Source of the DNA: an uncultured Candidatus Saccharibacteria bacterium
Lineage (GTDB): Bacteria > Patescibacteriota > Saccharimonadia > Saccharimonadales > AWTP1-31
Length of the DNA: 64,000 bases
Direction: 5' to 3'
NCBI GenBank assembly: GCA_964629815.1
Contig: CAZVTA010000002.1
Coordinates: forward strand, 194,096 to 258,095
This document shows, in pieces, positions 8,254 through 18,260 of this stretch. The first letter of the stretch is position 1. Each line of letters starts with the position of its first letter. Under the pieces are notes generated by a model. That model had not been told where the DNA came from, did not search any database, and saw only the letters and a program-made list of their open reading frames with translations. The position numbers and the translations under genes are program-made.

Positions 8254-9538
8254 CGAATTCGGTACGGAGCCATTCATCGAGGCTGTTGCCGCCACCACCG
8301 GCCATACACACAACCATATCGCCGGCATCCAGGTGTTTTTGAATGGAAGTCTTTAATGCATCATCGCGTTCCATTGCAGTGGCAATTGCCGGATTAGTGA
8401 GGTGTTTGATCATTTCTACAGGTGGAATAATTCGTTGTTTTGGATCTTCGCGGGCAAGGTAGCTGGGAATCCAATACACGGCGCTTGCTCCGTCAAAACA
8501 GTCTTTGTAGTCGTCTATCATGTAGTGTTGCCGGCGGTTTGTGAGTGGTTCGTAGACTATCACGAGCTTTTGGTTTTTTTCGTTTGCCATTTCGAGCGCA
8601 ACACTCATGGCACCACGAATTTTTTCGGGGGTGTGCGCGTAGTCGCTATATAAGTTGGGGGCTATCTGCTCCATGCGACGTTGTAGTCCAGGGAACGAGT
8701 TAGTGACTTCAATGAGCTCGGGCAATGGCTTATTGGTTACGCGATGCACGCCTTGAATAGCCAGCCATGCATCGAGCCGATTATAAAAACCCTTTAGCGT
8801 GATAGTGCTAATATCTTTGCTATATGCATCGAGAATATGTGCGTTTTTTGGACTATGACCTAAATATTCGGCATCTTCGAAGTATAGTTCACAGGTTTCG
8901 CTTTGCTCTATGAATTCAAGAAATGCCTGTTTGTAATCTTCGCGAGTAGGGAATATTTCGTGGTGATCCCAGCTAACGCCCGTGATGAGCGAAAGGTGTG
9001 GTTCAAATGCTAGAAAATTGCGATCGAATTCGTCGCATTCGTAAATAAAGTAGTTGCTGTCGGGCTCGTATTGCCCCATATCGCCAAAGCTTATTTTGGC
9101 TCCGACAGAATAGCTGACCGGTATGCCTAGCTGCTTAAACAGCCAAATCGCCATAGCTGTAGTGGTAGTTTTGCCATGGGTACCGGCAACGGCAATGAGC
9201 TTTAGTTTTTTATCGCTCAAGATTTGATTGAGCAGTTCGTCGCGCTTGCTGGTTTTTATCTTGTTGTCTTCACAGAACGTAAGCTCGGGGTGGTTGGGGT
9301 TTTCGAGCGTAAGGGCAGAAGAGTATACGAACCAATCAATCGGATCTTGTTCGTGGACCTTTTGAATCGATGCAACATCTTGCCCAATATGAATGTTGGT
9401 AATGCCTTTCTTTTTGAGGTACTCGATATACTGCGAATTTTGTTTATCTGAACCCGACACAGTATAGCCTGCTTGCTTTGCAATAAGTGCAAGCGGACCA
9501 ATGCCGGTACCACCAATAGCAGAAAAGTATATGTGCAT
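8246..9538 (-). CDS. murC: UDP-N-acetylmuramate--L-alanine ligase (Mur ligase family; MurC, possibly Mpl-like)
   Basis: FSAIGGTGIGPLALIAKQAGYTVSGSD, AVAGTHGKTTTTAM and ECDEFDRNFL...ITGVSWDHHEIF are MurC N-terminal, P-loop and central-domain motifs. Confidence 0.85.
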   Translation of the reverse strand: MHIYFSAIGGTGIGPLALIAKQAGYTVSGSDKQNSQYIEYLKKKGITNIHIGQDVASIQKVHEQDPIDWFVYSSALTLENPNHPELTFCEDNKIKTSKRDELLNQILSDKKLKLIAVAGTHGKTTTTAMAIWLFKQLGIPVSYSVGAKISFGDMGQYEPDSNYFIYECDEFDRNFLAFEPHLSLITGVSWDHHEIFPTREDYKQAFLEFIEQSETCELYFEDAEYLGHSPKNAHILDAYSKDISTITLKGFYNRLDAWLAIQGVHRVTNKPLPELIEVTNSFPGLQRRMEQIAPNLYSDYAHTPEKIRGAMSVALEMANEKNQKLVIVYEPLTNRRQHYMIDDYKDCFDGASAVYWIPSYLAREDPKQRIIPPVEMIKHLTNPAIATAMERDDALKTSIQKHLDAGDMVVCMAGGGGNSLDEWLRTEFAN

Positions 9539-9598
9539 ATATGTAGTCTAGCATGGCCACTGTTGTGCTACACTGCTATAGAGATAAGCAAAACCAGT

Positions 9599-10810
9599 AT
9601 GGTAAAAAAAATACTACACAGGCTACTAAAACATCGTCATCCTTGGCGTGAGATTGGCTTTGACGAACTGAGCGAAATATATATAAATTCGCTCTTTCGG
9701 AGTCTTTCTATCGCGCTGGTAGGTATATTTGTTCCGCTGTATTTGCTGCGTCTCGACTATCAGCCGTACCAGATAATGGTTGTATATGCTTGTTATTTTT
9801 CGGCAAGAATAATCTTTGACTACGTTACTGCACATACTGTTGCCGCAATTGGACCTAAGCACACCTTGGTTATAAGTCAAATTATGCAAATTGGCGTCTC
9901 TATGCTTTATATGACGCTACCATCTGCGCACTGGCCACTTGCATTCATAGGTTTTTGTTGGGGTGCAGCATCGAGTATGTTTTATATTGCTTTTGATATC
10001 GATTTTTCGAAGATTAAACACCGCAAGCATGCAGGAAAAGAGATTGGCTTTCAGCAAGTAATGGAACGCATCGGTGGGGTTTTGGGTCCTTTGATTGGTG
10101 GAATTATTGGGGTACTGTTTGGGGCACAGTATATCTTTCTTATTTCAATAGTTAGTATGGGGATAGGCATGTGGTTTTTGTTACGCACCAAAGAGCCCAC
10201 AAGGTTACATCAAGTGCTCAACTACAAGCTTTTTTCGTTCAAAGGTATAATACGAAGTCACGTTATTCCTGTTATTGGGCTCGGTGTAGAAAACACACTG
10301 AGTATTTGTTTGTGGCCGCTCTTTCTGGCACTATTCGTGCTTCCGGTTGGCAACAAGGCTTTTTCTGATATGGGGATATTGGCATCTCTGTCTGTGGTAG
10401 TTTCCATAGCGAGTGCACTTGTAACGGGAAACTTAAGCGACAAGCGACATGGTCGAAAACTTCTTCGCTCTAGTGCAGTAATAAACGCGCTCCTTCACTT
10501 GGTACGACCGTTTGTTGGGAATATTGGTTATGCAGTTGCAGTCAATGTAACAAATGAAGTAGTAACCGTAGGATATCGACTTCCGTTTATAAAGGGATTT
10601 TACGATAGTGCCGATGACTACCCAGGTTATCGTATCGTGTATATTAGTGCGGTTGAATCAGTCTCTAGTATTGCAAAAGCAGTAGTTTGGTGGTTTATGG
10701 TCATTATGGCTTATCTGTTGTCGATAAGAACGGCGCTTGTCGCAGGATTTATTATAGCTGCCATGGCATCGTTGGTATTGGCAACAGAGCGGTTTAAGGC
10801 ATTAGACTAG
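9599..10810 (+). CDS. MFS-type transporter
   Basis: About 12 predicted TM helices and an MFS motif-A-like GNLSDKRHGRKLL. Start moved to ATG 9599 because the 9473 start overlaps murC. Confidence 0.65.
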   Translation: MVKKILHRLLKHRHPWREIGFDELSEIYINSLFRSLSIALVGIFVPLYLLRLDYQPYQIMVVYACYFSARIIFDYVTAHTVAAIGPKHTLVISQIMQIGVSMLYMTLPSAHWPLAFIGFCWGAASSMFYIAFDIDFSKIKHRKHAGKEIGFQQVMERIGGVLGPLIGGIIGVLFGAQYIFLISIVSMGIGMWFLLRTKEPTRLHQVLNYKLFSFKGIIRSHVIPVIGLGVENTLSICLWPLFLALFVLPVGNKAFSDMGILASLSVVVSIASALVTGNLSDKRHGRKLLRSSAVINALLHLVRPFVGNIGYAVAVNVTNEVVTVGYRLPFIKGFYDSADDYPGYRIVYISAVESVSSIAKAVVWWFMVIMAYLLSIRTALVAGFIIAAMASLVLATERFKALD

Positions 10811-10814
10811 TACT

Positions 10815-11420
10815 ATGAATCGACGTACTTTACGAGAAGCAGTAACCGATATAAAAGTGCTGAACAACTGGCTCTTTTTGTTGGCTATCCTTGTTGGTAC
10901 GCTCGTTTGCATTTTTGCATTACGCACCAATAATGTTACGGCGCTTCGCTTACGTGACGATGTGCTCCGTGCAGATAAAGAAAATGGTGATGTCGAGGCT
11001 GCTTTGCGTACGCTACGCGAATATACCTACGCACACATGAACACCGATTTATCGAGCGGATCTATCGCGCAGCCAATTCAGCTTAAATATCGCTACGAAC
11101 GGCTCGTGCAAGCCGAAAAAGACCGTGTTAGCAAACAAAATGAAAAAATATATACAACCGCGCAAGCAGAGTGTGAAAAACTATTTCCCAAGGGGTTGTC
11201 TGGCAGCGGGCGCATCCCGTGTATTACCGACTATGTGGCAAAAAACGGAGAAAAAGAAAGATCCATACCGGACAGTTTGTATAAATTTAGTTTTGTTTCG
11301 CCGCGCTGGTCGCCCGATCTGGCTGGCTGGAGCCTAGTTGTGACAAGTGTTTTGGTTGCGCTGTTTGTTGTTAAGCTGCTCGTTGAACGATGGTTGCGTG
11401 CAGAGCTTCATGACCTCTAG
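10815..11420 (+). CDS. hypothetical membrane protein (TM helices at N- and C-terminus)
   Basis: 201-aa ORF. TAGACT at 10803-10808 lies 6 nt before the ATG. Confidence 0.6.
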   Translation: MNRRTLREAVTDIKVLNNWLFLLAILVGTLVCIFALRTNNVTALRLRDDVLRADKENGDVEAALRTLREYTYAHMNTDLSSGSIAQPIQLKYRYERLVQAEKDRVSKQNEKIYTTAQAECEKLFPKGLSGSGRIPCITDYVAKNGEKERSIPDSLYKFSFVSPRWSPDLAGWSLVVTSVLVALFVVKLLVERWLRAELHDL

Positions 11421-11533
11421 TTAAACAGGGGTGAAAAACGTAAATTTTGCAAATAACAGTTGACAACCAAAATGCAACAGGGGTATGTTAGGGGAGCAAT
11501 ATAAATTCAAGAGAGGGAGTCAGTAAAAGCACT

Positions 11534-11731
11534 ATGGCTTACAAGCACACAAACTCAAAAGGGGTAACATACTACCTTAACTCAAAGAAGGTTACACTTC
11601 GTGGTGGTAAAGAACAGACAATCTATTACTTCAGTAAAGACGAGCGACCGGAAGCTTGCGATCTTCCATCTGGTATGGAAGTAAACGAAAACCCACGCAA
11701 CGGTTTTCTTACCGTAAAGCGCAACAAATAG
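11534..11731 (+). CDS. small conserved-looking hypothetical protein
   Basis: 65-aa ORF with SD GAGAGGGAG upstream, followed by a terminator. No motif recognised. Confidence 0.55.
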   Translation: MAYKHTNSKGVTYYLNSKKVTLRGGKEQTIYYFSKDERPEACDLPSGMEVNENPRNGFLTVKRNK

Positions 11732-11750
11732 TTTAGACAAAAATGTAAAA

Positions 11751-11778
11751 AGAACCCTTCTTCGAAGGGGTTCTTTTT
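11751..11778 (+). terminator. Rho-independent terminator
   Basis: agaaccc-ttcttcgaa-ggggttct stem-loop followed by TTTTT. Confidence 0.75.
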
Positions 11779-11793
11779 GCTACAGTAGAAGAT

Positions 11794-12552
11794 ATGTCCA
11801 ACACTCTTATTAAAGTTACGAAGTTAAAGAAAAAATATGGCGACAAGACGGTCGTTAAAGATATAAGTTTTGAAGTAAAAGAAGGCGAGATATTTGGTAT
11901 TTTAGGGCCCAATGGTGCGGGAAAAACCACTACGCTAGAAATGATCGAGACTATGCGTCCGATAGATGGTGGTAGTGTTAGTGTGGACGGCATAGATGTC
12001 CAGGCGCACCCGGCAAAAATCAAAGCGATTATTGGTGTGCAGCCACAGACGCCTTCATTCGAAGAAAAAACAAAGCTCACCGAATTGATTGAGTTTTTTG
12101 CTGCAACGTACGGAGAAAAAGTTCACCCACGTCACTTTTTAAAGAGTGTTCAGCTCGAAGAGAAGGCAAATAGCTATGTAGAAAACCTGTCCGGCGGTCA
12201 AAGGCAGCGTTTCAGTATTGCTGCAGCCCTTGTGCACAACCCAAGGGTATTCTTTCTGGACGAGCCAACGACAGGCCTTGACCCCCAGGCACGACGTAAT
12301 TTGTGGGATATGATACGCGAAATTCGTGACCGGGGCGTAACGGTTGTACTAACGACGCACTATCTTGAAGAGGCAGAATTACTGTGTGACCGAGTGGCAA
12401 TTATGGATGACGGAAAGATAATTGCACTTGATACGCCAAAACAGCTCGTCAAAGACTTGCTAGGGCGTGGCTTTAAAAAGCGTCAGCATGTAGAACAGGC
12501 AAATTTAGAAGATGTATTTATCGACTTAACAGGTAAGGACCTACGAGACTAA
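11794..12552 (+). CDS. ABC transporter ATP-binding protein (ABC-2/DrrA-like)
   Basis: Walker A GPNGAGKTT, signature LSGGQRQR, Walker B VFFLDEPTTGLD, H-loop TTHYLEEA. Confidence 0.9.
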   Translation: MSNTLIKVTKLKKKYGDKTVVKDISFEVKEGEIFGILGPNGAGKTTTLEMIETMRPIDGGSVSVDGIDVQAHPAKIKAIIGVQPQTPSFEEKTKLTELIEFFAATYGEKVHPRHFLKSVQLEEKANSYVENLSGGQRQRFSIAAALVHNPRVFFLDEPTTGLDPQARRNLWDMIREIRDRGVTVVLTTHYLEEAELLCDRVAIMDDGKIIALDTPKQLVKDLLGRGFKKRQHVEQANLEDVFIDLTGKDLRD

Positions 12553-13667
12553 TGCGAGATTTTAAAAAACTACTCCTCCCTATAACGACATTTGTGCGCA
12601 TAGATGTTAAACGATTATTCCGCGATAAAGTGGCGATATTTTTTGTATTTGTTTTTCCGCTAATATTCCTCATGGTCTTTGGTGGAATTTTTGGTCGTGA
12701 TAATAGTGTTTCGTTTAAGGTGGCGCTCATTAATCAGTCCCAAACCGAATTTTCTAAAAAGTTTGTACAAGACATAGAAAAGAACGAGCTCTTCAAAGTA
12801 GATAAAGAGATTACTACCATAGATGCCGCCAAAGAAAAGATGAATCGCAGTGAACTCGATGCGTCAATTACGTTACCAGCGGAATTTGGTTCTATAGGTA
12901 CAGACGGCGTACCGAATGGACAGGCTAAAGTTCTGTATGATCAAAACAACGAGCAAGCTGGCCAATCGCTAACGGCGGTGCTCGATGGTATATTCCAGAA
13001 TATAAATTCAGGATTAGTAAAAACGACAAAGCCATTCTCTGTAACAAGTGAGTCTACAGCAACCAAAGGGCTGACCCGATTCGACTATATTTTCTCGGGC
13101 TTGCTTGGGTTCTCGGTTCTATCTTTGGGTATATTTGGGCCTACTAGTGTGTTTCCTCGTATGAAGCAGCGCGGCGTATTGCGTCGCTACCATACGACCA
13201 CGCTTAAAGTCTGGCAATATTTTGTGGGCAACGTATTGTCAAACGCTTTCGTCGGTATATTATCAGTTACGACTATGTTTGTTGTGGCACTTCTGTTCTT
13301 TGACCTTAATATGCGAGGCGACTATCTGAGTCTGTTCGCATTGGTGGTTCTTGGTACGATTACGCTGTTTGGTGTTGGCTTGGCTGTTGGTGGTTGGGCA
13401 AAAAACGAAAACCAGGCGGCTCCTTTGGCAAATCTGATATCATTCCCAATGATGTTTTTGTCGGGTACGTTCTTTCCGCGGTTTCTCATGCCCGAATGGC
13501 TACAGGGTATATCTGGGTTATTGCCCCTTACGCCTGTTATCGATGGCGTCCGTTTAATAATTACCGAGGGTAAAACCATCTTTGATATTGGTTCACAGGT
13601 CGGCTTGCTTGCCGTATGGGCGGTTGTCATCTACGTTATTGCCTTCCGTGTGTTCCGCTGGGAATAA
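12552..13667 (+). CDS. ABC-2 type transporter permease
   Basis: 371 aa with an N-terminal TM helix, a large extracytoplasmic loop and five C-terminal TM helices. Start overlaps the ATPase stop. Confidence 0.8.
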   Translation: MRDFKKLLLPITTFVRIDVKRLFRDKVAIFFVFVFPLIFLMVFGGIFGRDNSVSFKVALINQSQTEFSKKFVQDIEKNELFKVDKEITTIDAAKEKMNRSELDASITLPAEFGSIGTDGVPNGQAKVLYDQNNEQAGQSLTAVLDGIFQNINSGLVKTTKPFSVTSESTATKGLTRFDYIFSGLLGFSVLSLGIFGPTSVFPRMKQRGVLRRYHTTTLKVWQYFVGNVLSNAFVGILSVTTMFVVALLFFDLNMRGDYLSLFALVVLGTITLFGVGLAVGGWAKNENQAAPLANLISFPMMFLSGTFFPRFLMPEWLQGISGLLPLTPVIDGVRLIITEGKTIFDIGSQVGLLAVWAVVIYVIAFRVFRWE

Positions 13668-13709
13668 ACTGCTTGTGTTTGGGTCGGCGTAGATGTATAA
13701 CCAAAGTGT

Positions 13710-14207
13710 ATGGTTAATGATGAGCAAAATTCACTACCAGGTATCGAGCCTCCACAACCACCAGAAGAAAATGTGGTAGATATTGCCGCGTATGCAGCGG
13801 CTGCAGCCAAAGGTGGTCGACGCGATCCGTATAATGAGAATCCTAGTGAGGCGGCGATTGACCAGGGCCGTCGTGTACCGCCAGCGGTTAGCGACATCGA
13901 AAACATCCCGGACCCGGCAGGAGAGCGTCGTCAGGCAGCCTCAGGGCACCCCTCTGCCGGAGGCGCTAACAAGGGGAGTGATGAACAAGCAAGAACAAAC
14001 CCATGGGCTGTGACGGCTGATGAGATCGCTGCTGCAAGTGTGGGTATCCCAGAAGCGCGAAATGCATTGCATGGCCCAAGCCAACTACAAGAAGATACAG
14101 AAGAACCGCCAACAATTCCAGAGGAACAAAAGAGGCTTGCACAGCAAGGTATCGAGGCGGCACGGCGAATTCTTGGTGGTACGCGCCGTAGAATAGATGA
14201 AAAGTAG
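13710..14207 (+). CDS. hypothetical low-complexity (Pro/Ala/Glu-rich) protein
   Basis: 165-aa ORF. TATAAC at 13696-13701 lies 8 nt before the ATG. Likely disordered. Confidence 0.5.
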   Translation: MVNDEQNSLPGIEPPQPPEENVVDIAAYAAAAAKGGRRDPYNENPSEAAIDQGRRVPPAVSDIENIPDPAGERRQAASGHPSAGGANKGSDEQARTNPWAVTADEIAAASVGIPEARNALHGPSQLQEDTEEPPTIPEEQKRLAQQGIEAARRILGGTRRRIDEK

Positions 14208-14252
14208 TCAGCTAGCCTAGAAATAAATCCCAAAATACCGTACAATGCGGCA

Positions 14253-15212
14253 ATGAATTTTCTCGATACACTACCCAAGCCTTTTTTTGTGCTTGCACCC
14301 ATGGATGATGTTACCGATGTGGTGTTTCGTCAGATTATTGCGTCGTGTGCACCTCCCGACGTATTTTTCACAGAATTTGTTAATGTTGATGGGCTTCAGA
14401 GTGCTGGGAGGGGGCGATTACTTCCAAAACTACAGCTTGAAACTACTACGGTTCCTGTCGTTGCTCAGATATGGGGTAAAAACCCAGAGAATTATTACAA
14501 ATCCGCTCAGGATATTGTTCGCATGGGTTTTTCGGGTATTGATATAAATATGGGCTGTCCAGATAAGGCAGTACTAAAAAATGGTTGTTGTGCGGCACTT
14601 ATTGATAACAGGGGACTGGCAGGGGAGATAATTGCTGCCGTAAGGGAAGGGGTGCAGAGCATAAATCCACACTTCCCTGTTAGCATAAAAACACGTGTAG
14701 GCTTAAAAACAACAGATATGACATGGATAGAGTGGCTTTTATCACAGAAACTTAACATGTTAACCGTACATGGCAGAACCGCTGCTCAAATGTCAAAAGT
14801 TCCGGCGAATTGGGAGCTTATTGGTGAGGCTTCAAAAATGCGCTCTTCCCTTGCCCCTTCAACTAAAATTGTTGGTAATGGCGACGTTTTGTCTCGTTCG
14901 CATGGTCTTGAGCTGGCACAAGCATATGGGCTCGATGGGGTTATGATTGGTAGGGGGATTTTCCATGATCCGTACGCGTTTAGCTTGCATAGCCCTTGGC
15001 AATCTATGACAAAACAACAAAGAATCGATTTATATACTTCACATGTTAAGCTTTTTGCGAAGACATGGAGCAAGGGAGAGCGTAAACTCCATACCTTAAA
15101 TAAGTTCTGTAAAGTTTATATAGAGGGCTTCCCTGGCGCTAAGGAGATTCGAGAAAAGCTCATGCACGCCGAGTCAACCCAGCGATTATTAGAGCTACTT
15201 GCAACCACATAA
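14253..15212 (+). CDS. dus: tRNA-dihydrouridine synthase
   Basis: LAPMDDVTDVVFRQI, GIDINMGCP and VHGRT are Dus TIM-barrel motifs. Confidence 0.9.
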   Translation: MNFLDTLPKPFFVLAPMDDVTDVVFRQIIASCAPPDVFFTEFVNVDGLQSAGRGRLLPKLQLETTTVPVVAQIWGKNPENYYKSAQDIVRMGFSGIDINMGCPDKAVLKNGCCAALIDNRGLAGEIIAAVREGVQSINPHFPVSIKTRVGLKTTDMTWIEWLLSQKLNMLTVHGRTAAQMSKVPANWELIGEASKMRSSLAPSTKIVGNGDVLSRSHGLELAQAYGLDGVMIGRGIFHDPYAFSLHSPWQSMTKQQRIDLYTSHVKLFAKTWSKGERKLHTLNKFCKVYIEGFPGAKEIREKLMHAESTQRLLELLATT

Positions 15213-15274
15213 AACTTGCAAAAAAACCATGGCAGGAACATACTTAAACATAAGCAATAAGTGAGGGAAACACT

Positions 15275-17764
15275 GTGTCGGTATTTTTACGTGAAAAAAC
15301 ACAAAAACTCTCGAGTCTGATTAAAAAAACAACTATATCAATTCTTGCAGGTATCCTTGGATTCGTACCGCTAGGCACCCTTGTGCCACAAATAGCACAC
15401 GCCGCTGCTGACACGTGTACTTGGGACGGCAGTAGCAGTGCCAACTGGAGTGACGGTGCAAACTGGACTGGTTGTGATAATAGTGGGGTGCCACAAGATG
15501 GTGATTCACTGCTTTTCCCCACGACAGCATCTAACAAAACAAATACTAACGATATTGTTGGTCTGGACCTCAATCGAATAGATATTCAAGGGGATAACTA
15601 TGTTTTAGGAGGAAACGACTTATCTTTCACTCCTTCGTTGGCCATGGCACTGTCGATCACTGGGGATTTTAACAACTTTGGTCTTAATAGCACCATCAAT
15701 GGAAGCTCCTCTAAAGCTATCGAGTCGAGTGGTGTTGATAACGAAATTTCTGGGAACATGGTGCTAAACCTCACCGGTGGTGGTGATATGAATTTTACCA
15801 CCGGCAGCGATACCAACGATCTAGAGATTAGCGGCGTAATCAGCGGTTCTACAGATATATTCGTAGTGTCTCCAGATTCACGACTATTTTTAACTGGTAC
15901 TAACACTTTCAATAAGTCAGGCATTACGATCAACGATACGTCGATATTAGATTGCGGTGTGGACAGTTGTTTGGGAACGTATTCGTCGGGAGATACGGTA
16001 ACAATTTGGGGCGGCGGTCGACTTTATCTCGACAACAATATTAGCTTGTCAGAAGATATAGATTTTCAAGCTAGCGATAATTCACCTGGACAGATTTGGG
16101 CTGCAGCAAGCTCGACTATCACTGGTAATATTCAAACTGTTACTTCTGCAAGTGCTGTGATAGGTGTACAGAACACAACAATTTTGACTATTGATGGTGA
16201 TATTGATACAGATACTGGGGGAAGTATTCAGTTTCAGGGAGTAGAAGGTTACGCCGATAACGAAATCGATGTGAACGGTGTTTTTACAGGTGCTGGCGAT
16301 GTGTACATAGTTGATTCATTGGCGATACTGGCTGGTGCGAGCACTGGTTACACCGGTACATATAATGTTCAAAGTGGCGGGTTATTGTATCCAACCGACT
16401 CCGATGCGCTTGGCGACGATACCGGCGAAACAATCATTGCTGATGGGGGGACACTTTACACCGATACCATGCTTGATATTCCGGAACCACTGATAATTAC
16501 GGGGGACGGGCTCCAATCCGATGGATATAATGGCGCCATTGTTGGCGATACTAGTACCCATGTATTTTCTGGCCCTGTTACGTTGGATGGTGACGCAACA
16601 ATCATGAACTGGGATAGCGGCATGACACTCTCCATGAGAGGCACCATTACAGGGACAGGCAACCTTACTCTGGCTGGCCTGAATGTTGATAACGCACCAA
16701 TAGAGCTTGGTGGTTCCGGCACGTCGGAAGATGACACTCCCAATTCTTTTGTTGGGCATACATATGTTAACGGTGCTCGCCTGTTCATGCATAAAAATGA
16801 TGGGGTAAGTTCTGTCCCAGGTGACATCACAGTTACATCTGGTACCTATGCTGCAAGTTTATGGACGCAAAGTGAGGAGCAAATTCCTAATGACGCCACA
16901 GTGACACTGAACGAAGGTCTGAGTACGGCCGTACTGGTTGTGACAGGTGGTAGAACCGAGACTGTCGGAACAGTTGAAGGTGACGGCGTGATTCAGCTGG
17001 GCAGCACGAGCGATGTACTAAATGTTGGTGGCGGCGACAAAAGCGGGATATTCACCGGACGAGTACTGGCGGGGACTGGAACAACTCTACATAAAATTGG
17101 TAATGGTACTTGGGACTTTCAAGGCTCCAACTGGGATCTTGGTGGGGGTGTGGCTACATATGACGTGATAGATGGTAAATTATTGGTAAATGCCGCCGAC
17201 ACAAGTCTGGGTGACTCTAGTATCACGCTTACCGGGGGTACTCTTGGTGGTGAAAATGTTGTTGGTCCTATCACCGCATATGCGGGTGGCATCGCTCCTG
17301 GTAATAGTCCTGGCTGTCTTAACCCCGAAGGCGATGTGGCCATGACGTCTTCGGTGGCGTTTAGTGCTGAGCTGGCAGGCACAACAGTCTGTACTGGTTA
17401 CGATAAGATGTTTGCAACTGGAAATGTGATTCTTAACGGTGCAACGCTTAATGCGACCCTGTCCTTTGCATCAACTACCGGCAACAGCTTCACAATCATC
17501 GAGGCTAGCTCAGTCAGCGGGACATTTGCTGGGCTTGATGATAACGAAACATTCGTGCTAGGTAGCCGAACATTTAAGATTGACTACACGCCAACCACGG
17601 TAGTATTGAGCGATGTTGGCGAAGCGCCAACGACCAGCAGTGGCTCTCTTGGGCAAACTGGCGTCGTAGCACTTACCGGAATTTCGACAGCAATCCTCTT
17701 GACTTCTGCTGCTGGGTTATATCTAGTAAATCGTAGAAAATACTTAGTTTACAGACAGCGATAA
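15275..17764 (+). CDS. large surface protein with autotransporter-type beta-helix repeats and a C-terminal sortase sorting signal
   Basis: GTG start with SD GAGGGA; signal peptide ...VPQIAHAAA. CTWDGSSSANWSDGANW plus repeated G-T/N-rich beta-strand repeats (GTGNLTLAG, GTGTTLHKIGNGTW). C-terminus is LGQTG (17648-17662), a hydrophobic helix and an NRRKYLVYRQR tail. Confidence 0.7.
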   Translation: MSVFLREKTQKLSSLIKKTTISILAGILGFVPLGTLVPQIAHAAADTCTWDGSSSANWSDGANWTGCDNSGVPQDGDSLLFPTTASNKTNTNDIVGLDLNRIDIQGDNYVLGGNDLSFTPSLAMALSITGDFNNFGLNSTINGSSSKAIESSGVDNEISGNMVLNLTGGGDMNFTTGSDTNDLEISGVISGSTDIFVVSPDSRLFLTGTNTFNKSGITINDTSILDCGVDSCLGTYSSGDTVTIWGGGRLYLDNNISLSEDIDFQASDNSPGQIWAAASSTITGNIQTVTSASAVIGVQNTTILTIDGDIDTDTGGSIQFQGVEGYADNEIDVNGVFTGAGDVYIVDSLAILAGASTGYTGTYNVQSGGLLYPTDSDALGDDTGETIIADGGTLYTDTMLDIPEPLIITGDGLQSDGYNGAIVGDTSTHVFSGPVTLDGDATIMNWDSGMTLSMRGTITGTGNLTLAGLNVDNAPIELGGSGTSEDDTPNSFVGHTYVNGARLFMHKNDGVSSVPGDITVTSGTYAASLWTQSEEQIPNDATVTLNEGLSTAVLVVTGGRTETVGTVEGDGVIQLGSTSDVLNVGGGDKSGIFTGRVLAGTGTTLHKIGNGTWDFQGSNWDLGGGVATYDVIDGKLLVNAADTSLGDSSITLTGGTLGGENVVGPITAYAGGIAPGNSPGCLNPEGDVAMTSSVAFSAELAGTTVCTGYDKMFATGNVILNGATLNATLSFASTTGNSFTIIEASSVSGTFAGLDDNETFVLGSRTFKIDYTPTTVVLSDVGEAPTTSSGSLGQTGVVALTGISTAILLTSAAGLYLVNRRKYLVYRQR

Positions 17765-17840
17765 TAGCAATCAAAGTAATTGCAAATCAAAACAGTAGCG
17801 CCTACAATGTAAGCAATAGCACTTTGATGGGGTAATCTAG

Positions 17841-18260
17841 GTGAATGTTGCGTTATTGACGGAGTTTGTTGCGCGAAAACAGTATGTTGTGAGAGATGTA
17901 CTGTGCCGTAGTGGGATATTGCTAGCGTGCTTGTTGCTGGTTTTAGCATCGGTACCGCTCGGACTGCTAAAATCTCCGGAAAAAGTTTTTGCTTATTCAG
18001 GCGCAGGAACTGGAACGGCTGGTGATCCATACATTGTAACGTCATGTGCTGAGCTACAGAGTATTGGGTCTGAACCTGACACGAATGGAATTTACTATGA
18101 ACTAACAGGAGATATTGACTGTTCGGTTACTTCAGGTTGGAATAGCGGATCTGGTTTTAGTCCTATTGAAAATTTTCAGGGAAATTTTAATGGAAATAAC
18201 CACACAATAGATAGTTTATTTATCAACCGCCCTACAGAAAACAGGATTGGAAAAAAATAA
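17841..18260 (+). CDS. truncated GLUG-family head-module protein (possible gene remnant)
   Basis: 139-aa ORF with signal/TM, then DPYIVTSCAELQSIG...YYELTGDIDCSVTSGWNSGSGFSPIENFQGNFNGNNHTIDSLFINR. It stops exactly where its paralogs begin their GLUG repeats. TAATG overlap with the next gene. Confidence 0.5.
   Translation: MNVALLTEFVARKQYVVRDVLCRSGILLACLLLVLASVPLGLLKSPEKVFAYSGAGTGTAGDPYIVTSCAELQSIGSEPDTNGIYYELTGDIDCSVTSGWNSGSGFSPIENFQGNFNGNNHTIDSLFINRPTENRIGKK

Noticed and set aside
9473-9598. The upstream start of the MFS transporter ORF at 9473.
   Set aside because: It would overlap the murC 5' end by 66 nt on the opposite strand. The first 42 residues are not hydrophobic or MFS-like. ATG 9599 follows the divergent promoter region.
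13710-14207. The low-complexity Pro/Ala/Gly-rich 165-aa ORF as horizontally acquired DNA or non-coding sequence.
   Set aside because: By eye the composition shift is modest. The ORF has a -10 box at the usual distance, fills the gap between two same-strand genes, and has no flanking repeats. It is retained as a low-confidence CDS.
18251-18257. The A7 tract at the junction of the 139-aa ORF and the 883-aa GLUG gene as a slipped-strand phase switch.
   Set aside because: A +1 A slip would fuse the two ORFs, but the fusion would bury the signal peptide of the 883-aa protein internally. A7 is short for efficient slippage. TAATG coupling explains the arrangement more simply.
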